NCBI GenBank assembly: GCA_038087875.1
Contig: CM075998.1
Coordinates: 1,304,001-1,364,000, forward strand
Origin: Malacoraja senta
Lineage: Eukaryota
Direction: 5' to 3'
DNA length: 60,000 nt
The notes under the pieces were generated by a model. The model saw only the letters and a program-made list of their open reading frames with translations, was not told the DNA's origin and made no database searches. This document shows, in pieces, positions 1 to 13,200 of this stretch (within the stretch, counting starts at the first letter, position 1; each line of letters opens with the position of its first letter). The position numbers and the translations under genes are program-made.

Positions 1-119
1 ACAGCATAAAACGAAAAAAGACTATGTAGAAAAGGGAGAGGGACTAATTGGAATAGTTCCACCAAACCAGTTTAGGCCTACTCTGTGCGGTATCATTCTT
101 TGATTCTCGAAATCACTAC

Positions 120-760
120 AAAACGACCGGCAACCTCAGTGAAGACGCGACGGCTGCTGCAATGTTAAATGCGTGATGCTTAAAGTTGAATTTGTCAGAT
201 GACAGTGACCCGGGTATTTAATATTTGGAACAGACCCTCGCTATTGCGCGACCTGTGTGTCTGTGTGTGTGGGTTGCGGGACTCGGAGGTCTGGGAATGA
301 TACGCGGGAAAACTAATAAAGAAACGGTGACCTATAATAATAAATACAGAGCACCAAAGCCCCAGGTTAAAACGTATCTTACCGAGAGACACAGATCGTC
401 GGATAGTATAAAAACTCAGAGGAACCACGTCCCTTTAGCCGCTGAAGCCGGAAGCATCCCCGAGCGAGCGCCATCTTACAAAACAAGGGGGCTGGGCGGG
501 TGCAAAGGTCGTCGACTCGCGATGTCGTCTTTCTCTCAAAAAAGGCAATTTAAACATGTATAGTTAAATAAAGCCGCCGAGGGTTCTCACTAACGACATT
601 TGCCATGTTTACATGTTTATTCCCAAAATGGTCAAATTTGGCGGGCTCAGCTTCGTGTTGCCGTGGAGACGGGACACAAGAGTCTTACGCAGAGGCGTGG
701 ACCGCAGCGGTGGGCGAGAGGCTTTACTTGTGAGGGGGAAAAGCGGAGATATTCAGCTTC
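120..760 (-). promoter_or_regulatory. CpG-island-type housekeeping promoter
   Basis: High CpG density against background; ETS/GABP-like CCGGAAG (448-454), YY1-like CGCCATCTT (469-477), GC box GGGCGGG (~495). Confidence 0.65.
383..474 (-). CDS. Candidate first coding exon, mitochondrial-presequence-like, probably LETMD1
   Basis: AAGATGGCG start context; MALARGCFRLQRLKGRGSSEFLYYPTICVS + CG|GTAAGA donor (phase 2), inside a CpG island. Start resembles mammalian LETMD1 (MALSRVC), which lies in the same syntenic block as CELA1/GALNT6. Confidence 0.5.
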
Positions 761-3671
761 TTTTCATCAAATGCATAGGGTCGATGTACTACCTGATGGA
801 AGTGTTCACAATTCGGAGAGATTTGGATAATGTTAGTGATCTGAATGAGCGCAGGGTCAGACTCTCCAACCACGTCAACTCCAACCCCATGCTCCGACTC
901 AGTACCCTCCCCTTTACCTACTTCCCCTTCCATCCCATGTCAACCACTATTTGTGCCAGACTGGCCAGTGTTCATGAAAAATCACAAATCTCTTGCCTAA
1001 CCTGGAAACGGCCCTTTGACCCACCAAGTCCACGGTGATCAACAATCACCCATTCACACTATTTCTATGTTATCCCACTTTCACATCCACTCCTTAAACA
1101 CTTGGGGCAATTTACAAAGGCCAATTAACCTACAAAACACACACATCTTTGGGATTTGTGAGAGACTGGAACAACCAGAGGAAATCCACGTGGTCATAGG
1201 GAGGACGTGCAAGCTCCACATAGATAAGCAAAGATACTAGAGGAGCTCAGCTCTGCTCTATAGTCTTTGTAGATAAGGGGGTTCGGCCCGAAACGTTGCC
1301 TATTTCCTTCGCTCCATAGATGCTGCCGCACCCGCTGAGTTTCTCCAGCAATTTTGTCTACCTCCACATAGATAATACCTGAGGTATTCCAACTGTGCCA
1401 CTGTGCTCTGCAGGCACAGTTACATTTATTGTTGTACTCTTCAAACTGTCTGGAAGGAGGATAAGAAATCAACATCAATGTTCTTTTCCAGACCAACATT
1501 CAGGTCCTAATTACACTCAATTGCCTCCATGAGGCAGGTCATCTCATTGGCGTGCCTGATCTCTAAACCACACACTCTATTCTGACCTCCATCACAAGAA
1601 ATTACCAGGCAGACAGATAAAAATTCAAAGATTTGCTCAAAGGTATATTGGAAAAAAATGCGACTTCCCCACTAATATTTGGAATTCTGTGGATCATAAC
1701 CACTGAAAGTGGAGAAGGAGCACTAAGAAACAAATGGTAGAAGGAGCACACCACCTCACAAGCTACCTGTCCACTCACCCTGTCAGGAACCTCCCGCCCT
1801 TGTTGTGGAAGGGTTTGTAGTTCCTATATTGGTCTTATCAACCACCCTAGGATTCATAGGGCTAAAGTGGAAGCAAGTCATCCTCAGTCAGGAGTGACTG
1901 ACCAGTAAGAAGGCCTGACCAGATGGACAGGAAGAAAACAGAAAATGGTGGAAATATCAACAGGTCAGGCAGCATCTATGCAGAAAGAAACAGAGTTAGC
2001 ATTTCAAATTAAGGATCTTTTATCTTTCACCAGAACTGATGAAATGTGATTGACCTGAAATGTCAACTCAGTTTTTCTTTTTCCACAGATAGTGCCTGAC
2101 CTGCAGAGTTTATCCAGAATTTTCAGTTTTTTTATTTCAGATTTCTAGCATCTAATTTTTCACTTTTCACAAACACACTTCAACTTTGTGGATGACATGT
2201 TATGTTTTGATTGTGAGGCAGCTCTCATACAACTGCTCTCTACAGACCTCTTTTTCTTTGATGAACTAGTGTTTATTATTCACCTAATAACAAGATTCCT
2301 TTGATAAATATTTACTCTATTGCTTCCAGATGGAAAAACACATGGATGGTTTGAAGGTAATTTCTGATCTAGGAACATCCAAAAATCCATTTGGACCATT
2401 GTAACGGAATTAGATCAGCAATCCTGGAGCACCCAGCTACCCAGTGGTAAGGATGGCAATGGTTTTACAGATAGGGTCAGGGAGAGAACGGGATGACTGA
2501 GTGAGTTCAAAATTGATGCGAAACGACCAATTTTCAGCCTTGAGGCATCTCATGGGATTTTTTGGTTCAGTTCAATTTAGTTTATTGTCACGTGTACCGA
2601 GGTACAGTGGAAAGCTTTTGGAGCAATTGGAAGATGGGATGGGTATATATTTTTGTACTTTAGTAAATCTTAGGGTTATATTGTGGCAATTATCATGGCA
2701 GCCAAATGCCACACAACTTTCTTTGGGTAGAGCATGATTTATTAATTCACATTAAACACTCAATTAGCAATAACTTTATGGAAATAATTCTGTGATGTAA
2801 GTGATCCTTGCTTCTAGAATTTGATATGTTGAATATACATACCGTGGCCCCAATACTATGCCTGTTTAAAGTTCTGATTGTCTGAGGAAATTGTCTGAGA
2901 TATACAAAACGCTCCCAATGATATAGGTGGATATCCCAGAGTATTACTCTCAATGTGGAATCTGGTTGGGTGTAGCAGCAAATTACACTTCAATTCACGC
3001 TTCCCTCCATTTACTGCAATAATAAACGGAATAAATTAGCATTTATGTAGAATTTTGCACAACTGCTGGATGTCCAAAGCATTGGTACTTCCGTGTATAA
3101 TCACTTTGTAATATGTATTATGTGAGAGTCGATTTGTGCATACCGAGTTCTTGCAAACAGCAGCCTGATGATGACCAGATTGAACAGGACATCAGGGAAA
3201 CCTGCCCTGCTCTTCCTCAAGGAATGCTTTTGCGATCTTTTACATTCAAATGAAAGGGACGCTAGGGGTTTATTTACTATCACATTCAAAGTATAGCATG
3301 TTTGAAATTGCAGTACTCCCCGCAACATTTTACATATTAAGTGTTGAAAATGTAAATATTTAAATTGATATCACACTAGCACGATCACAAATCAAAAATA
3401 TCAGCCTTAAAATCAGGATTGAAGTTTTATTTTCCCATCATTAACATATCTTTAAAGACTGAAATAATGCCTTATCTATGTCTCTATCTGATTTTCCGAA
3501 TGTGCTGTAGATATTTGAATGAATTTAGCACCTGCTACAAATTTTCACCTGGATGCGCACTCTTTTCTCCCTTTCCCCTTCCCCCTGTCCACCTTCATTT
3601 ATACTCCTTCCTCTGGTTTCACATTTTGCGCATCTTCTATTCTTATATCCTTATCTCATACTTTTTCACTG

Positions 3672-3812
3672 TACTGGAAGATTGGAGGGTGGCAAATGTT
3701 GTGCCTCTATTCAAGAAGGGCTGCAGGGCAACAGTTGGGAACTACAGGCCAGTGAGCCTAACATCTGTGGTCGGAAAGTTACTAGAGAGTATTCTGAGGG
3801 ATAAGATATACA
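3672..3812 (+). mobile_element. CR1 ORF2 fragment
   Basis: EDWRVANVVPLFKKG...GNYRPVSLTSVVGKLLESILRDKIY. Confidence 0.85.
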
Positions 3813-4206
3813 GGTTGAACACCGATTTTCTGTCACCCTCTGTTCCAGAGTCTTTCTGGACAATCAATTTTTCCAGACCAACAGAGGTAACGAGATAATA
3901 AAACGTCAATACACCCCTGGCCCACTAATGACACCCCTCCCATGTCGCTAAAGCACCATGGAGTGCCAGAAACTTAAAAAATATATATAAAATGTAAAGT
4001 GAATGAAATGGGACATGTTGTTCGATGTGGGCAAGTTGGGCCGAAGAACCTATTTCAACGCTGTATGACTATGACACTATATATCAATATCAAGAGGCAA
4101 CAAACAAGGACAAATTATGGATTTAATTTTCTTGCTTTATTTAATCCAGTTAATGGAAATAGATGTATTGGTTGCATGTTGCACTTTGGCCGTCGTAATC
4201 CAGCAT

Positions 4207-4224
4207 TTAATAATAAGCGATTTT
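4207..4224 (-). CDS. CELA1: Elastase copy A exon 8 (KIAYY*), AATAAA at 4136-4141
   Basis: TTTTATTTTCCAG|AAA ATC GCT TAT TAT TAA; conserved in copy B; polyA signal downstream. Confidence 0.85.
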   Translation of the reverse strand, partial: KIAYY

Positions 4225-7200
4225 CTGGAAAATAAAACATGATTTTCATTAATTTTTCTGAAATGCTTTGATCTGGGTTTGAACAGGAACATGACACAGA
4301 TGTGTTGGGTGAGGTGGAGTTGGGTAGAATTTTCTTAAGAATTTCAAGAGAGAGCTAGATAGGGCTCTTAAAGATAGCAGAGTCAGTGGATATGGGGAGA
4401 AGGCAGGAACGGGGTACTGATCGGGGATGATCAGCCATGATCACATTGAATGGCCTACTACTGCACCTATTGTCTATTGTCTATTGAATTTCTAATCTCT
4501 CGCTGCAACTTCAGTGGAACATTGGGGGAAAACACATTTACCTTATTTCCTGGAGATTTTACAGCATTTCTACCCTGACTACATCTCTGATGTTTAGTAT
4601 TGCTTGGACATTTACTAGAGGCTGTATTTCCCTTGTTTGCGTGTATTTATCGTGTTAATCAGCATCTCTGCATTTCCCCCAATCCATTTCCCTCTTTGTA
4701 AGTAATTTCAGATTTAAATGGATGGATAATCATTAAGGAAGCCATAATGAAGATGAGATCCCATGATCTCATCACAGAAAGCTCTGTGCAAGGTGAAATA
4801 AATCAGAATACAGCCATATCACATTTTATGCATGTTTGATCCATACATTTTTGGAATAGTGTGCTTGTATAATTAATACCAATGCCTAATTTACGCACTC
4901 GTATTCTTGAAATAACGCACTCAAATCCACGCCTAACAGCGTAGTCACGTGCGATGCCTTGCAAGATACTGTACAATACACTTACCACTTTCTCACTTTT
5001 TGTCTGCGTCATCTTTGCTTGGTGCGTGTTTATTTCAACTTGCTGTATTTCACACATCTTTTTAGTGTGAAACTCTGTTTTCTCCATCAACCAAAATATT
5101 GAAGTTGTTTATCTTCCCCGTCAATCTTTTAACATTAGAGACTCTCTGTTTTTACTTTATTAACTTTTTTCTTTATTAACGAGTAAGGTAAAAGAATAAT
5201 GCTAGTCATAAATGAACTATTTATTGTGTGATGTAGATGCTTATATGGCTTTTCCTTTAACCTGTACCACTTACATACATTCTTATGCTTAATTTATGCA
5301 TTTTTGAGATAAGCACTGATTTTTAAGAAGGTAACCCTCACATAAAATAAGAGATGCTTGTAGTAGCATCTTGTATGAAACATAAAATTATAATGGAAAT
5401 CCAAAGCTAACGTACATTATTGATCCAGCTGATGTAAGCTGAGAAGCGGGTCCATACTGTTGGTTTCATGAACATGTCACATCCTGCTGCAGCTCCAAAG
5501 CTTGTGGCTCCATGGACATAGTAAGTACCATTATGCTCACAATTCAGAGGACCTCCAGAATCTCCCTTTGAGGAAAGTTGGTGAAACCATTACTTTCATT
5601 CTCTCAGACTGGTTTATAAAATATATTATTACATTATAAAAGGTAATTGAAATCAAGAGCAAAACAAAAAAAGGAAAAGGAATGGAAAGGAACAGAGAAT
5701 GCGAAAAAAAATTGTATTGGGGAAAATGAAGAGAAATATTTGCAAAAGATAATGGAAGTGAAGTAAGAAGGACTGATATGTCAGCAAGAAATTGCTGACA
5801 GCAAGAGAAGGACAACAGAAAATAATGAACAAGTTGCAGAACACTGGGGAGAATTCCCCTGCTCCTTTTCAAAATAGTCAAGTGATCTTTTATGTCCACC
5901 CACTAAGCCAGACAAAGCCTCATTCTTATGGTTTAGCAGAAAGATGATACCTCCAAGAGTATGGCACTCCTGAGCAGCACAAGGTACCAACCCTGATTAA
6001 ATGTTCAAGTCTCTGGAGTGCAATTGGAACCTATGATGTTCTGAGACAGTTTATGTGACTACTGAACTATGTTGAGCACTTTGAAGAAACAATTGGGAAG
6101 TTTGTGTCAGTAAAAACGAGAGGGAGCTCATGGTATACTTGATAAGGGAGCCAGTTGAAGTTAATAAGAGATAGAGGTGTAAGTGGTGTCTAAACTTTGG
6201 GAATTGTTGCAATGTCCTTCCATTGAAAGCGAGTAGCTAAGTTTATTACCTGACAACCAGAAGTGATGCCGTCACCTCCAGCACACACCATATTTTTGTT
6301 GACATAGTAGCTCCACCAGTCAGGCTGTGAGCATACTTCATAGGAAACAACCTTGATAGGAGCTTGTTGAAGAGTAGGGCTAACGTTTCCATTGTCTGCA
6401 TCAAGAGAAGAAATTCTGTATTGCTATTGCATTTTTGTCATTCGTTATTATTATATTCCACATGATATTTTAGACGGTAATCCAGCACCCTATTGCCTTT
6501 TTGTCTGAAGCCATCATTTTGACCATTACATGGCAAGGAGCTTCAAGAAAATTATAGCCCTGGGGGATCAGTCTGGTTTACTTTCGGCATGTGCCTAAAC
6601 TAGCACACTTACTTTAAACTTGAGAAACCACAAGTTCCTTAAAACAAGATGAAAAATATATAGCTAGGTTTTACAAAAACACAGAAGTGAAAATAAGGAC
6701 TGCCGCTTTATTAATTAGTTTACTTTGGAGATACCACCCTTCGACCCATCGAGTCCACACTGACCATTGATCACCCGTTCACACAAGTTCTATGTTATCC
6801 CACTTTCGCTTCCACTTCCAACACATGTGAAGCAATTTGCAGTTTAGTTGAGTTTAGTTTATTGTCACGTGTACCAAGATATAGTGAAAAGCTAACCAGT
6901 CAGCAGAAAGACAATACATGATTACAATCAAGCCATCCACAGTGTATAGAGACATGATAAAGGGAATAATGTGAATAACATTTAGTGCAAGATAAAGTCC
7001 AGTAAAGTCCGATCAAAGATAGTCCAAGGGTCTCCAATGAGTTAGATAGTGGCTCAGGACTGCTGTCTAGTTGATGGTAGAATGGTTTAGTTGCCTGATA
7101 ATAGCTGGGAAGAAACAGTTCCTGAATCTAGTGTACATTTTCACACTTCTATACCTCTTGCCTGATGGAGAGGAGAGAATAGGGAGTGGCCAGCGTGCGA

Positions 7201-10200
7201 CTCGTCCTTGATTATGCTGGTGGACTTGCCGAGGCTGTGTGAGGTGTAAATGGAGTCAATGGAAGGGAGGTAGGTTTGTGTGATGATGTGGGCTGCATCC
7301 AGAATTCTCTGCAATTTCTTACGGTCTTCGGTAGAGCATATTGGGATGCATCCCGATAAAATGTTTTCCACAGTGCATCTGTAGAAGTTGGTGAGAGTTG
7401 TTGGAACATGCCAAACTTCCTAAGCCTTCTAAGGAAGTCGAGGCATTAGTGTTCTTTCTTGGACATTGCTTCAAAATGGGTGGTCCAGGACATTTTGCTG
7501 GTGATATATTTAGTTCGAAATTTGAAGTTTTCAGCCATCTCTGCTTTGGCGGCATCAATACTCCATTTGCTATAGCAATGCTGGACATGAGAGATAACGG
7601 ATTGTGTGTCACCATAAGAAAATAAAGGCCCTGTAATATTTTAAGTAGCAAAGTCCATGGTGAATGTATGGTATGGTAAGGCGAGTGCCTACAATTAGGA
7701 TTACATCCAGACTTTGCCTCCATCACAGTGAGGGTGTGCTTGGTGAACTCACTGTGGTGGATGTTTAATTTGTGTTTATTGTATGTTTTGTTATTATTGG
7801 TTCTGTGTATGACTGCAGGCATCACAATTTCGTTCAGACCGAAAGGTCTGAATGACAATAAAGGAAACTTGACTTGACTTGATTTGCAGAGAGAATGGTA
7901 CAAAGTTGTTGACCACTTCATACTACTCTATGACCTTTCCTGCCCAGTCTCTGTGACCCCCTCCAGGCTACCTCCCTGGTAGAGGCTGCTGTAGCCCTTC
8001 TGAAAAAAGCAAAAGAACACAAGGTCAGAAATCCTTGCCATGATCAGATTACATATTGTGGTGAAGATGAAAATCCTGGTCATTATTTATGTTGGAGCCA
8101 TTGAGCCAACCATCAACCACTCATTTACGGGAAGGAAAGAGATGCACAAATGCACATGATTCTGATATTTACTTACTTTTAGTGTAGCCCCAGCCAGTGA
8201 CGTAACATAGATAGTCATTTGGTAAGGTAGCACCTGCATCGGGCAAATTTCCAAGCTGGACAAATTGGTTCAGGACAGCATCCTGCTCCAGGTAAAGCAG
8301 CGCAATATCGTTCCTATTAAAAATGGATTTGCAGCATTAGTGTCTATTTAATTTTTTAACTCGTGTTGCAAATGCATGGTAAGGCGAGTGCCTACAATTA
8401 GGATTACATTCAGTTTTAGGTTCTTTCCTTGTTGTTCACCCTTCCTCTCTTAAATACTGTCCTTCAAACTGTAGTCCCCTCTGTTACCTCATACATATGA
8501 CCATGTGTCAGCATCTTCTTCTTGTTCTGAGGCATCTCCTTGGGATCAAGGATAATGTACGACCACTCTGGTTTGTGGGCCTGAGCTGATTTATGAGACC
8601 AATGTAGGAACGGCAGACTCTTCCACAGATGGGGCAGGTGGTGGCTGATGGGGTGGGTGGATGGTTAGTTCATGAGGGGGGTCTGCTTTTTCAGTCATTT
8701 TCACAGGGCCTCCATGTGTTCTTGACGCATGAACTCAAGATTCTCAATCCCATCCTGAATGCTTCTTCTCCACTTGAGTGGTCTTGGGACAGTGATTCAC
8801 AGGAGTCATTGGGGATGTTGCATTTCTTCACGGTGGCTTTGAGCACATCCTTGCATATTTTCCTTTGTCCATGACAGAGCTCAGAATAGTGTCTCTTCTG
8901 GGAGTGTGGGGATGAGCATGTGAGTGATGACATCTTGACCTTCAAATACTCCTTTTCCTCAATTGACCAACGTTTGTTCTGGTTCATTGAAGGCAGTGGT
9001 GTATTTCATATGAATGTCTGCCTTTTCTGAGAGGTGGCTCCTTAGACATGGGAAGCGGTGCTTGTTTTCCAGGTCGTTGACACGGTGTGGTGAGGTAGAT
9101 TAGTAGAAGACCTTTATCTTTTGGATGTTGAATGTAACACTCATCTTCTCAAATGCTTTGGTGAAAGATCTGTGTAGGAGATGAGTGTCTCCCTCTCACA
9201 CACAGACGCACACGTTCCATTAAATGTGGTACGAGTGTGAGTGGTGGACACCACTGAACAATCGATGTGTGGGCATATATTTATTTTTGCTACACAAAGT
9301 TATCAATGAGACATTGGTAATTCCAAATCAATGGTGTTTTTATGAGATTGTGAGTCAAGTAGCGGCTGTAATAGACTAGTTATTCAAAATTCAAAAGTTA
9401 TTCAAAATAACTTTGATGTTAACACAATATGCATTGGTCCAAAATATTATATTGTTACATACCCAAGTGCAAGATCACCATTCCAACCTTCATGGATGAT
9501 GACATGTTGTACGTAAATGTACTGTTCGGTTTTATCATCCTCATAAATGTTGTGATCACCCAGGACGACACGGCGTGTTATACCTGGACTGTAAGTGAAA
9601 AAAAATGATGTCACTTTAACCAAAAGGGATTGGCAAGGGTAGATAGCTGTGTGGGAAGGTGGCTTCAGCAAAGAAATGCCCTACATTTTATTCGTTTAAT
9701 TTACTTTAGAGATACAGCACGGAAACAGGCCCTTCGGCCCACTGTGTCCCCACCGACTAATCACCCCTGCACATTAACACTACGGACAATTTACACTTAC
9801 ACCAACCCAATTAACCTACAAACATGTACGTCTTTGGAGTTTGGGAGGAAGCCGAATGAATAGATTGGAAAGACAACGATCTGGAGAAAGGGAGGGAAAT
9901 GGGAAGAACCAAATACTTAGGAAAAAGAAGACACAAACGCAGATTTCAAAATCACAAAGGTGGAAAAGTTTGGGAATATTTTCACAGAATGTAGTGGATT
10001 GCCTTCCTCTGAAAATTTAGTAGACTTATTTACTGACACAGGATAGAAAAAAACCCATTTCACAGACTCACAGCAAACACGCAACATTAAGATACTGATG
10101 GCACCACAAAATCATGTTAAGTGTGTATTGATCAAATTATTGCAGTTGTGATTTTTTGCACTATAAAATATGTAGGGTTCAGGATAAGTCTGGTTAACTC

Positions 10201-13200
10201 ACAAGACAACTGTGAACAGGACTCATCACTTTTATGTAAAGGAACAGACGCCTCTCATTGATTACCTGGGTGAGAGGTGCGTGTGTTAAAGTTAAAGGGC
10301 GGTTTGCGAAAAAACTGGACGGCTGATCAGCTGTACTCAGGAAACAAACACCTATGGTTCAATGGTTCTTTATTGACACGTATGCACTGCACAGTGAAAT
10401 TAGTTTTGCACAGCTCACACATGCACAAGAGCTCGAGTGATCACCAGAGTGAGTTGTGTTGAGAGTCAGAGCTGGAAAGAATATATGAATTGAAATTACA
10501 GTTACAGTCAAGAGTTAAAGCTGCATAAGGTTGTTGAAGTACATAAATCAGATTAGTGCATGGTCTGATACAGTAGTTTATATCATCACTTTTCGTAGTT
10601 TTCTGCAATACTGTAAAACATAGATAATCTGCTATCCCATTATTTGGAAATCCCAATGGTTTGCATCCAGCTCACTGGTGACGTTTCCTGTGCTCCCTTG
10701 AAATTCACAGGAGCTCTAAGCGTGCCAAAGGAACAGAATTTTACTGTATCTTATTTTATTTCAAGTGCTTGCACATACTCAGCCTTAATAAATGTTTCAA
10801 GGAGTTTTGGCTTATGTTGCTCTTTTAGATTTTACCAGCACAGTGGTGCAGAGGTAGAGTTACTGCCTTACAGCGCCAGAGACCTGGGTTCTATCCTGAC
10901 TATGGGTGCTGTCTGTACGAAGTTAGAATGTGCTCCGGCTACCTCCCACATTCCAAAGACGTGCAGGTTTGTAGGTTAATTGGCGTGTAAATTGTCCCTA
11001 GCGTGTCGGACTAGAATTAGTGCATGGATGATTACTGGTTGGCGCAGACTGGGTGGGCCAAAAGGCCTGTTTCCACTCTGTATATCTAAACTAAACTTAA
11101 CTAAACTACTCCACCTGCAGAGGCTCAGGCTGATCTCAGAGAATAGGTTATAAATGACAAATAGTACAAATCAAAATCATTCACCTGTCCACACAGTGAG
11201 CAGCAGTCAGCACCCATCTGTTACGAATTAAAGTCCCTCCACAGGAGTGGTACCAGTAACCAGCGTAACCTTGAAGAGAAATCTGGTCAAAAGAAAAAAA
11301 AGATTGGACTGGCACATGTTAAAATCATATTTTAAAAAACAGAGCGTCATATTAATGCAGAAAATGTGGCTAGAAAAGCTGGCAGAAAACAGAAAAGTGA
11401 TAGAGACTTAGTATTTTCATTCTCTCGGAGTTTACAGAGCGCCTACGATTATGTTGTTGTTGTTGTTGTTGAGGTAATGTTTTATCTTTCTCACCTGCCA
11501 TGGCCACGCATTGCGATTTGCCTCAGTCCCTCCAATGACTCGATTGTTTTCAGAACAGAGCCCTGTATACATTGAGATAATGAAATGTTTTCATTACATC
11601 TTTACTGACGTTTGCTATCTTAAAATTCAATTCATGTATTCGGGAAGTCTGTAAAAGGCACTGTATTCCATCAGTAATGTGAGAATTCAAATTTCAATAG
11701 GTCCCAGAGCAGGTCAGGTCAAATTGTTAACCTGTAGAACTGTTCAATTTGTCTTATTTATGAGTTTAGTTTAGTTTAGAGAAACAGTGCGGAAGCAGGC
11801 CCTTCGGCCCACCGAGTCCACACTGACCAGTAATCCCTGTGTATTAACACTATCCTACACACACTAGGGACAATTTTACATTCATACCAAGCCAATTAAC
11901 CTACAAACATGTGCGTCTTTGGAGTGTGGGAGGAAACCGAAGATCTCGGAGAAAATACACGGGGTCACGGGTAGAACGTACAAACTCCGTACAGACAGCA
12001 CCCATAGTCAGGATCGAACCCAGGTCTCCGGAGCTGCAAGCACTGTAACCTGTTGTAACTCAGTACTGAGTTGTACTGAGTTGGATGATCAGCCATGATC
12101 ATATCGAAGGGCCGAATGGCCTACTCCTGCGCCTATTTTCTATGTTTCTATGTAAGGCAGCAATTCGACTGCTGTGCCATCGTGCCACCCTTATCTAGTT
12201 ACAAGTTTAAAAGATAATTGTAGATGAAGAAGATAATTTATCCCAAGTTCATCCATTACAAAAGACCCTAAGGTCTCTTGAATGTAGCATGCAATTTGTT
12301 CATAAGTTCATTCCATGTTTGATTACCCTTTATGTAAATAAATGTGCTTTTCACTCAACTGGACCATCATCACCATGTCCTGCTCCTGCAATATAATATG
12401 CACAACAAGGCAACAGCACTAAAAACGGTTTATCTAGTCCTAGGAAAATTGGCTGCGCCAAATAGGCAAATGAAAGAAACTAAGTACAAATTATTAGCCA
12501 TTCTTCAGTGTCAGGACGGTGACCGCTGGAATATTTATAGGGTGGGGATCATGAATAGAATGACAGGAGTTCTGTGTGATCCCAAAACTTAAGCCTACAT
12601 GTGTAGGAAGGAACTGCAGATGCTGGTTTAAACTGAAGATAGACACAAAATGCTGGAGTAATTCAGCGGGACAGACAGCATCTCTGGATAGAAGGAATGG
12701 GTGACATTTCGGGTCGAGACCCTTCTTCAGACTTAAGCCTACATGTTAACCACCCTATCCCAAGCCTCAAAAAGCAATATTTTTGTCTCCTTTATTACCC
12801 ATTCTTGTGCCCTGTCTGAGAGAATTGTCCATTTTTACTCACCATACAGTTTAGTGTTGTGAACTTGTTTCCGTCGACAACGATATATAGGCTGATTACA
12901 TAAACCTGCAATACTTTTGATACATTTGGAATCGTAAGGTACCAGGAAAGGTGGAAAATTCGACAGGATTCAGTTGCTCTGGTTCTATGATACATTGCTG
13001 TTTCTCTTGGAATGAGGTTGAGCAGTTCTTGTGTTCATGCGTTTACAATCTGATATCACAAGTGGAGGCAGGACTGGAGATGGGACCTTCTAGATTTTCT
13101 GCTGGAGCTAGGACCTTCTGCATTTGCTACTGGATATGGGGCATTCTAGATTGTCACCTGGAGATGGAACCTTCTAATGTTCCCAGGACTGCTGTCTTTG

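Noticed and set aside
613..1038. 141-aa plus-strand ORF and overlapping ORFs in the CpG island
   Set aside because: No recognisable domain or splice pattern; long ORFs are expected by chance in GC-rich DNA; the 3' end runs into a SINE
1425..1470. Minus-strand pyrimidine tract + CAG, ACA GTT TGA and AATAAA as possible elastase last exon
   Set aside because: A better terminal exon (KIAYY*/KIALY*) is conserved in both copies at 4207 and 22499; this site is not evidently conserved in copy B
8691..8987. 98-aa ORF almost identical at 24906-25202
   Set aside because: Decayed RTE-like fragment; the identity reflects the duplicated and homogenised intron, not coding constraint
10838..10900. tRNA-like A/B boxes
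   Set aside because: SINE head followed by SINE body and tail; no full cloverleaf, so not a tRNA gene
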